Part shown: positions 37,018-42,525 of the stretch, in pieces | How positions within the stretch are numbered: position 1 is the first letter of the stretch | How the letters are laid out: each line of letters opens with the position of its first letter | Origin: Eubacteriales bacterium | GTDB lineage: Bacteria; Bacillota; Clostridia; Oscillospirales; UBA644 | Assembly (NCBI GenBank): GCA_045534395.1 | Contig: JAZSJP010000111.1 | Coordinates: 1 to 42,525, forward strand | Length of the DNA: 42,525 nucleotides | Direction: 5' to 3' | The notes under the pieces: generated by a model | Told to the model about the DNA's origin: nothing | Databases searched by the model: none | What the model saw: the letters and a program-made list of their open reading frames with translations, nothing else | Program-made: the position numbers and the translations under genes

Positions 37018-38378
37018 TGGAACGAAATTTGAACATGACACGGGGAAATCCCCTGAAATTGCTGATTCTGTTTGCCCTGCCCCTGATGTTCGGCAACGCT
37101 TTTCAGCAGTTGTATACCGTCGTCGACGTGGCTATTGTGGGGCGCGGCGTCGGAATGGACGCTCTTGCGGCTTTGGGCACGGTGGATTGGCTTAATTGGA
37201 TGTTTTTGGGCATTGCCCAAGGATACACCCAAGGATTTTCCGTTCGGGTCGCTCAAAAATTCGGGGAACAAGATTTTGGAGAACTGAAACGCGCCGTGGC
37301 GCAATCGGCTTGGCTCTCGTTGTTGATTTCCGTGGTGGGCACCGTGATTGCTCAGTTGGGATTACCTTTGTTTTTGTTTCTTCTTCGGGTTCCTTCCGAA
37401 TTAGTAGGCATGGCAACCTTGTATTCCCGTATTTTAATGGCAGGCTTTGTCGCCGTTATGTTTTTTAACTATTGTTCTTCGATTTTGCGAGGCGTCGGAG
37501 ACAGCAAAACGCCTTTGATTGCCATGGTAATTGCCGCTTTAACCAACATTTTGTTGGACGTGATTACCGTATTTTTCTTAGGTTGGGGGATTGCCGGTGC
37601 CGCCTTTGCAACGGTTTTTTCTCAATGCCTTTCGGGGATCATCTGCCTTATCAAATTGTGTAAAACTCCTGAGTTGCGCTTTTCCAAATCGGATTTCAAG
37701 CAATCCTTTTCTTTGGGCAAGCCTTTGATGAATTTGGGGACTCCCATCGCCGCAAAAAACGTCATTATCGCTTTGGGCGGAATGGGGGTTCAAACGGTGG
37801 TCAACGGATTCTCCCTGAGCTTTATCGCCGGATATACCGCAACCAACAAAATGTACGGCGTTTTGGAAATTGCCGCCCTTTCTTACGGTTATGCCGTTAC
37901 CACCTACGTGGGGCAAAATTACGGTGCCGCTTTGTACGACCGGATTCGAAAAGGCGTCCGTGCCGCAATTCTCTTGTCCCTGATCACCTCAACGGTTATT
38001 TCGGTTCTTATGTTCCTGTTCGGGCGTCAAATTACCGGTTTGTTCCTTGCCTCGGAAGACCCCGTTTTGGCGCAGGCGGCAGGAGATATTGCCTATCTTT
38101 ACCTTTGCTTTATGGCGGCGTGCTTGCCGATTTTGTATCTGTTGTATGCGTATCAATCTGCATTGCAAGGCATGGGAAAGACGGTTCCGTCTATGGTCTC
38201 GGGAATTTTGGAATTCGTGCTTCGGGTCGGAATCTCCGTGGTAGTGGGATTTACCGGTTACGAAATCGGAGTTTTCGGTGCCGAGGTCGCTGCGTGGATT
38301 GTTGCCGCCGGATTTTTGGCAACTTGTTATTACGGACAGTTAAGAAAACAAAAAACGTCGGAATCTCTCCCGACGTAA
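37017..38378 (+). CDS. MATE-family efflux transporter
   Basis: 453 aa, 12 TM helices. N terminus GNPLKLLILFALPLMFGNAFQQLYTVVD is typical of MATE transporters. Confidence 0.9.
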   Translation: MERNLNMTRGNPLKLLILFALPLMFGNAFQQLYTVVDVAIVGRGVGMDALAALGTVDWLNWMFLGIAQGYTQGFSVRVAQKFGEQDFGELKRAVAQSAWLSLLISVVGTVIAQLGLPLFLFLLRVPSELVGMATLYSRILMAGFVAVMFFNYCSSILRGVGDSKTPLIAMVIAALTNILLDVITVFFLGWGIAGAAFATVFSQCLSGIICLIKLCKTPELRFSKSDFKQSFSLGKPLMNLGTPIAAKNVIIALGGMGVQTVVNGFSLSFIAGYTATNKMYGVLEIAALSYGYAVTTYVGQNYGAALYDRIRKGVRAAILLSLITSTVISVLMFLFGRQITGLFLASEDPVLAQAAGDIAYLYLCFMAACLPILYLLYAYQSALQGMGKTVPSMVSGILEFVLRVGISVVVGFTGYEIGVFGAEVAAWIVAAGFLATCYYGQLRKQKTSESLPT

Positions 38379-38382
38379 TACG

Positions 38383-38410
38383 AAAAAAGCCTCCGCAGGG
38401 AGGCTTTTCT
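38383..38410. terminator. Bidirectional terminator
   Basis: aaaaaa-gcctcc-gcag-ggaggc-tttt. Confidence 0.8.
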
Positions 38411-38649
38411 CAAAAGATAATTCTTATGTTTAAAAAGTTGACCATTACGATAATGAGAATCAAGAATCCCCACGCGACGCTTTGGCAGATTGTCGCCGCA
38501 ATGAAGGAGGCTAATTTTTTGCCCCAATTATCACGCCGCTTTGCCGCCGCAATGATGAATTGAATCAAACTGATGATAAACCAAACGTTCAGTCCCACAA
38601 AGATCGACAAAATCATCAGCAAAAACAATAAAAGAAGAATGGATCTCAT
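38410..38649 (-). CDS. Small hydrophobic membrane protein
   Basis: 79 aa. The ATG follows ggggtgattgt. Two to three hydrophobic helices. No family recognised. Confidence 0.45.
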   Translation of the reverse strand: MRSILLLLFLLMILSIFVGLNVWFIISLIQFIIAAAKRRDNWGKKLASFIAATICQSVAWGFLILIIVMVNFLNIRIIF

Positions 38650-38712
38650 ACAATCACCCCACCGTTTTCTTTCATTCTACCACATTCCGCCCCAAATGTC
38701 AAGATTATTTCA

Positions 38713-38741
38713 TTGACAATCCCCTAAAAATCTGTTATAAT
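38713..38741 (+). promoter_or_regulatory. Near-consensus sigma-70 promoter with an extended -10
   Basis: TTGACA (38713-38718), 17-nt spacer ending in TGT, TATAAT (38736-38741). It points toward the tRNA-Pro-like fragment and tRNA-Pro. Confidence 0.65.
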
Positions 38742-38785
38742 AACACCGGACTGTTTCTTGCAAGCCAAGGAAACAAACATATTTC

Positions 38786-38822
38786 GAGGCGCAGCTCCCC
38801 CGGTAGAGCGCCTGGTTTGGGA
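38786..38822 (+). pseudogene. tRNA-Pro-like 5' fragment (D arm to anticodon loop only)
   Basis: GCGC-AGCTCCCCCGGTAGA-GCGC-CTGG-TTTGGGA matches the D arm and the UGG anticodon loop of bacterial tRNA-Pro. There is no acceptor stem, no 3' anticodon-stem strand and no T arm. Confidence 0.4.
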
Positions 38823-39025
38823 GCGTGCCTAGGCGGGGAGCCCCCGCGGGCAAAACGGTGCTTCGCACCAAAAGCAAATCCTTCAAACCCCTTGCAAACA
38901 CGGAAGAAAAGCCTTTAACAGTGCGGACTTTCGGCACTTTGCAAAAACTCTAAAAAGCGTAAAAATCGGGTTTGACTACAGTTTGTCCCACTTCTACGCA
39001 AAAACTTAAAAATTCAATACAAAAT

Positions 39026-39101
39026 CGGGGTGTGGCGCAGTTGATAGCGCGGGTGGTTTGGGACCATCAGGCCGCGGGTTTGAGCCCCGCCACTCCGACC
39101 A
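39026..39101 (+). tRNA. trnP: tRNA-Pro (anticodon UGG), 76 nt with encoded CCA and an atypical elbow
   Basis: CGGGGTG-TG-GCGC-AGTTGATA-GCGC-G-GGTGG-TTTGGGA-CCATC-AGGCC-GCGGG-TTTGAGC-CCCGC-CACTCCG-A-CCA. All four stems pair and G37 is present. The D loop has GA instead of GG, and the T loop has UUU instead of UUC. Confidence 0.86.
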
Positions 39102-39137
39102 AAAGCCTCTGGAATCAAATGATTCCAGAGGCTTTTT
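39102..39137. terminator. Bidirectional terminator between tRNA-Pro and the FRG gene
   Basis: aaagcctctggaatc-aaat-gattccagaggcttt, a 15-bp stem flanked by an A-run and a T-run. Confidence 0.85.
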
Positions 39138-40273
39138 CATTCAAAATCTGTGATCATATTTTCAGGTAGAATTTTAGGATTATCCGACTCTAACCGGGAA
39201 CTTTCTTGTCTCATCAGTAAAATCCTATAACCTTGATCAATCTTTTCATTCGGGAAAAAGTTTTCTTGACTTAATAAGACTCCGTTTCCCAACATTTCTT
39301 TGACTAATGATACACTTATTTGCAAAACGCATGCAATTTTCGAATTAAAATCGTATGAGCATTCTTTCCCTCTTACGATCCAACCATGTTGAGAACATGG
39401 ACGCAAAAAGGTCGAAGGCAATGCCTTTCTAAGATCTATCGTATATGTATTTTCTCCCAAATACACACCATGAATATTAGACGTGTTCGTTTCCGCAACA
39501 TATAAAAACATGTATAAATGCTCCGCATTTATTATTTCGTCAATCTCTTGATTATATTGTTTAATTTTTTTGCATTCAGCTTCCCAACTTCTACATTGTG
39601 CTTCATATTTAGTACGGGTATTCCGTTTAATCAATTCGTCTAGAGTTATACTCCCATGTGAAGCACATTCTTTTAATATTTGAATTTTCTCCTCACTTAA
39701 AACAACACTTTCTAAACAAGGCTTTAGGGGAAACTCTTGTTTTGCAATCCTATCACTTTTTGTTATATAAGGACTAAGTTTTGCTTTTCCTTTATGTTCT
39801 CTGCATTTATATTTTTTCTTTTTTGCATCCCATTCATATAATCCAAACCATAATGCCGTCCAATGATTATCCACAAAATCAACACAGTATGTTTTCGCTC
39901 CATAATGTTGAAAAACCGCTTCTACTATTAGTTTTTCATATAGCTTCCACCCATCAATATCACTATTTCTTAACCCCAAGAATTTTCTAAATGGATCATC
40001 TTCAATGGATGCACTAATCGCATCTTTCAATCGTCCTTCGTGATATTCAATTTCAGACATACAATGCTTAATGCTTGGAATAACGGATTCATACAGCTCA
40101 CATTGTCCCCTATACAACACTGTTCCATTTCCTGCATTAATATGCTTTATATAACCGACAACCTGATTTAATGCGTGCATGCTTGGAATTTCATAAACAG
40201 GAATATCGGTTTCTCCCCATGTCCCTATCATTGGAGATTGTTGAAGATCTGTAGCTTTTGGATACGCAACCAT
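39137..40273 (-). CDS. FRG-domain protein with a ~120-aa internal insertion
   Basis: 378 aa. The ATG follows aaaggagaagtaaa. Motifs are LYRGQ...IPSI, then FQHYGAKTYCVDFVDNHWTALWFGL, then late FLRPCSQHGWIV. These match my recollection of the Pfam FRG pattern (F/Y)RGQ...QHYG.pT..lD.t.....AL.FA...R...Q.G.f. The sequence is AT-rich. Confidence 0.7.
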   Translation of the reverse strand: MVAYPKATDLQQSPMIGTWGETDIPVYEIPSMHALNQVVGYIKHINAGNGTVLYRGQCELYESVIPSIKHCMSEIEYHEGRLKDAISASIEDDPFRKFLGLRNSDIDGWKLYEKLIVEAVFQHYGAKTYCVDFVDNHWTALWFGLYEWDAKKKKYKCREHKGKAKLSPYITKSDRIAKQEFPLKPCLESVVLSEEKIQILKECASHGSITLDELIKRNTRTKYEAQCRSWEAECKKIKQYNQEIDEIINAEHLYMFLYVAETNTSNIHGVYLGENTYTIDLRKALPSTFLRPCSQHGWIVRGKECSYDFNSKIACVLQISVSLVKEMLGNGVLLSQENFFPNEKIDQGYRILLMRQESSRLESDNPKILPENMITDFE

Positions 40274-40346
40274 TTTACTTCTCCTTTTATTTTAATTTGC
40301 CTTTCTTTGTTTACTGCGAGTCAAATTTGTTATCGGTTTTAACGCA

Positions 40347-41114
40347 TCAGTCTTTCTCCCATCTATTTGCATCTGTCCATCGAAATCTCGGAGTTGTCTC
40401 CTTTCTGTCGCACCCCGAATAACAACCGTCTCTTCCCCAAATATTACACACTTCGTGAGTTTTTCCATCAATAGGATATACTGCATGATGAATACATCCT
40501 TGACAGTATTCTGTTTCTATTATTCCGTCTACATTATTGTGAAATGTATCCACAACTGCTTCTCCTTCCTTATTGTCGTCTGCATCAGAGAGAGGCGTAT
40601 AGTCTGTGATTTCATCACTGTCATTTGCTTGAGCCGCCAGATATGCAACGCCAGCTACAGCAGCCACCGCTCCTACAACCTTGCCTGCTGTTATGAGCCA
40701 TTGCTTTGCTTTTTCAAGACGAGCTTGTCTGCAATCCGCACAAAGAGTCGCATCTGGGTTAGGTAGCACCTTTCCACAGTCTGAGCAAACACCTTTTATA
40801 TTGTTGAACGTGGTATCGTTCTCATATCCACAATTACGACAAATGTGTTTTACTGATTTTTTATTAAAACCTTCTTGGTTGTTGAGGTAAGCTTCACACT
40901 CATCGCAAAACCAAAAGACACAGTCGTTCAGAAAATACTGTTCAGAAAAATGATAACCACAATCCTCGCAAGTCCACAACGACTTCTTTTTATTGAAGGT
41001 CATTTTACCGTTTTTACAGGCAGGGCAGAACATCCACTTCTTAATTTTTCGGATATACGCATAGGTGAGAGTCTCAACTATATTCTTATGTGTTTTGGTT
41101 TTCACTTTCTTCAT
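40347..41114 (-). CDS. Membrane protein with three N-terminal zinc ribbons, one TM helix and a Cys/His-rich C-terminal domain
   Basis: The ATG at 41114 lies 8 nt after gaaggagg. CxxC pairs are CPAC...CEDC, CDEC...CRNC and CSDC...CADC. The TM helix is ITAGKVVGAVAAVAGVAYLAAQA. An acidic linker leads to CQGCIHH...C...C...C. Confidence 0.8.
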   Translation of the reverse strand: MKKVKTKTHKNIVETLTYAYIRKIKKWMFCPACKNGKMTFNKKKSLWTCEDCGYHFSEQYFLNDCVFWFCDECEAYLNNQEGFNKKSVKHICRNCGYENDTTFNNIKGVCSDCGKVLPNPDATLCADCRQARLEKAKQWLITAGKVVGAVAAVAGVAYLAAQANDSDEITDYTPLSDADDNKEGEAVVDTFHNNVDGIIETEYCQGCIHHAVYPIDGKTHEVCNIWGRDGCYSGCDRKETTPRFRWTDANRWEKD

Positions 41115-41478
41115 CGACTGCGCCTCCTTCATTGCTACTGTCAGTTAACTCTTCGCTAAAAGCAGTATATATTTTTTCGCCCATCTCATCGTGGGCTTTT
41201 TTCTCAGAGATTTTCTTTTTGACAAATTTTACCCCTTTCGGGACAAGGCACAAAACGCCACATACGCCAAGAGTGATGACACTACCTTTTGCTAAACCAA
41301 TTTTTTTACCCTTAGCAAGACCCGTCTTTTCACCTTCGGTCAACGCGTAGTTAAAAATGTTTTTTACGCCTTCTAACATATTTCCATCTCCGATGGATTT
41401 AAGAGGCTTTGTTACATCAGGTGCTGCTGCGGATGCTGTTTTCAGCAGTTCTCCAATTTGATTTCCCTTGTTACTCAT
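41086..41478 (-). CDS. Small single-pass membrane protein with an acidic C-terminal tail
   Basis: 130 aa. The ATG follows ggaggacaaaga and overlaps the upstream stop (ATGA). The TM helix is SVITLGVCGVLCLVP. No family recognised. Confidence 0.7.
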   Translation of the reverse strand: MSNKGNQIGELLKTASAAAPDVTKPLKSIGDGNMLEGVKNIFNYALTEGEKTGLAKGKKIGLAKGSVITLGVCGVLCLVPKGVKFVKKKISEKKAHDEMGEKIYTAFSEELTDSSNEGGAVDEESENQNT

Positions 41479-41924
41479 TCTTTGTCCTCCATTTCAACAG
41501 ACAGACTATCAATCAGTCTTTGGAACTCGGTGATTTGTAACTGGTCGGCTTCAATCTGCTTTTGAAGCTGGCGAATGGTATCTTCCTTAGCTTTGATGAA
41601 TTCATTGTGCTTTTTGATTTCACTGCGAAGGAACTTGATGATATCAGTATCGGAAATGCGTGCTTTCTTCAACTGTTCAACATCGATAATTTTTTGAGCT
41701 ATCAAACCTCCGATCATCGCTGTTGAAATTAGTGCCGTACTCGCTATCGATGCATATTTTGGAGACGATTTCAAAAAAGTATGGAGAGCAGACTCATATA
41801 CTATATGACCTCCTTTTTTTGACTCAATTGTAGCTTCCAGTTTCTTATCACGGATCCATCTACGAACTGTTTCCGGATTCGTGTTAAGCAGATCTGCAAT
41901 TTCTTTTACACTGTACGTTTTCAA
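41475..41924 (-). CDS. Excisionase/MerR-type HTH protein fused to a hydrophobic segment and a coiled coil
   Basis: 149 aa with a TTG start after ggcggtgaag. YSVKEIADLLNTNPETVRRWIRDKKLEA...GGHIVYESALHTFL resembles the HTH_17 pattern. Then come the segment IASTALISTAMIGGLIA and a heptad-rich tail. Confidence 0.75.
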   Translation of the reverse strand: MKTYSVKEIADLLNTNPETVRRWIRDKKLEATIESKKGGHIVYESALHTFLKSSPKYASIASTALISTAMIGGLIAQKIIDVEQLKKARISDTDIIKFLRSEIKKHNEFIKAKEDTIRQLQKQIEADQLQITEFQRLIDSLSVEMEDKE

Positions 41925-41947
41925 AACTTCACCGCCTTTGCACCCTA

Positions 41948-41976
41948 ATTATACCACACTTCCGCTCAATTGTCAA
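41948..41976 (-). promoter_or_regulatory. Near-consensus sigma-70 promoter with an extended -10, driving the four-gene cassette
   Basis: On the minus strand: TTGACA, 17 nt ending in TGG, TATAAT. It lies about 25 nt upstream of the TTG start at 41924. Confidence 0.65.
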
Positions 41977-42010
41977 TACATTTGTAGTATTAATTCGATT
42001 TAATGCCACA

Positions 42011-42041
42011 AAAGAGGGCGCCTTAATCGGCGCCCTCTTTT
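42011..42041. terminator. Bidirectional terminator at the right edge of the AT-rich cassette
   Basis: aaagagggcgcc-ttaatc-ggcgccctctttt. Confidence 0.7.
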
Positions 42042-42259
42042 CGTTTTGCTTTCTCTTCCGCAATCTCCGCTTTGACTCTTTCGATCATCTCGGCGAGTTT
42101 GATTTCGCACTGTTCTTTCGTTTCGGCGTAGACGTTGAACTTCTTTCGCTTGCCGTTCGGCAGTGTTGGGAAGAAGCGGTCATCACAGACGTTGCCATTG
42201 ATCTGATTCCGGCAATCCGTATCTCATCCTTCATCCATACCGGCTTTTCTTATATCCAT
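42023..42259 (-). pseudogene. Remnant of a site-specific integrase N terminus (arm-type DNA-binding region), interrupted and truncated
   Basis: The minus-strand frame reads MDIRKAGMDEG*DTDCRNQINGNVCDDRFFPTLPNGKRKKFNVYAETKEQCEIKLAEMIERVKAEIAEEKAKRKEGAD*. The PNGKRKKFNVYAETKEQCEIKLAEMI stretch resembles the N-terminal arm-binding segment of tyrosine integrases. It carries an in-frame TGA and no catalytic domain follows. Confidence 0.4.
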
Positions 42260-42261
42260 AT

Positions 42262-42525
42262 TTATTTGCAGTCTTTACAAGAGTATTCGGGGACGGTGCG
42301 CTCGTTGATGACCGATTCATAGAGCCGCCAACCGCCTGCCAGGTTATAGCAGTCGTAGCCGTTGCCTATGAGAATACGGCAAGCAAGGTAGGAACGAAGT
42401 CCCGAATGGCAATGAACGTAGATAGGCCTGTCTTTCGGAATTTCATTTATTCTTTGGCGCAGGGAGTCCAGCGGAATGTTGACAAAGCCGTCAATCTTGC
42501 CCTGCATCACCTCAAACGGTGTACG
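42262..42525 (-). CDS. Rhodanese-domain C-terminal end of a larger protein (5' end outside window), e.g. CoA-disulfide reductase/NADH oxidase type
   Basis: The frame is open to the window edge. FVNIPLDSLRQRINEIPKDRPIYVHCHSGLRSYLACRIL contains the rhodanese active-site loop CHSGLRS. Confidence 0.8.
   Translation of the reverse strand, partial: RTPFEVMQGKIDGFVNIPLDSLRQRINEIPKDRPIYVHCHSGLRSYLACRILIGNGYDCYNLAGGWRLYESVINERTVPEYSCKDCK

Noticed and set aside
38710-39169. ORFs 38710-38937 - (75 aa) and 38972-39169 + (65 aa).
   Set aside because: They overlap the tRNA-Pro-like fragment, the tRNA-Pro gene and the terminator hairpin, and have no RBS.
39781-41159. Plus-strand ORFs inside the cassette (39781-39990, 40455-40766, 40681-40890, 40875-41159, 41090-41350) and the minus-strand ORF 40292-40486.
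   Set aside because: They are short frames opposite or overlapping the four well-supported minus-strand genes. They lack an RBS, and AT-rich DNA yields such frames by chance.

Overview
This looks like an origin-proximal chromosomal segment of a Firmicutes/Clostridia-type genome with roughly 50% G+C.

**Housekeeping backbone**
- gyrB (partial) and gyrA, glyQS, prfB, cca, and smpB.
- parA-parB-serS, with two perfect parS palindromes.
- A dnaD-like/dnaI-like pair and the rpsF-ssb-rpsR operon.

**Metabolism, transport and other genes**
- Aconitase plus an isocitrate dehydrogenase.
- An mglBAC-type sugar ABC transporter, a SulP permease without a STAS domain, and MATE and DMT transporters.
- A GH42-like lipoprotein, and a GH63/trehalase-like enzyme next to a YfcE-type phosphodiesterase.
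- A Crp/Fnr regulator divergent from a ferredoxin-domain protein.
- An LCP protein, RlmA, a histidine phosphatase and an alpha/beta hydrolase.
- A BclA-like collagen-repeat protein.
- tRNA-Trp and tRNA-Pro.

**Intergenic repeats**
- Family A consists of polypurine/polypyrimidine palindrome modules arranged as MITE-like inverted pairs.
- Family B consists of TGCAAAR heptad runs fused to GC-rich hairpins.
- Together they fill many gene gaps, including one inside the mgl operon.

**Main candidate for something new: 39.1-42.0 kb**
- It is an AT-rich four-gene cassette with its own consensus promoter and a bidirectional terminator at each end.
- It sits between the 3' end of an atypical tRNA-Pro and a decayed integrase N-terminal fragment.
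- It encodes an HTH protein with a hydrophobic segment and coiled coil, a small single-pass membrane protein, a triple zinc-ribbon membrane protein, and an FRG-domain protein with a large insertion.
- I cannot match this gene set to any described system.

All protein family calls rest on motif reading only; no database search was run.
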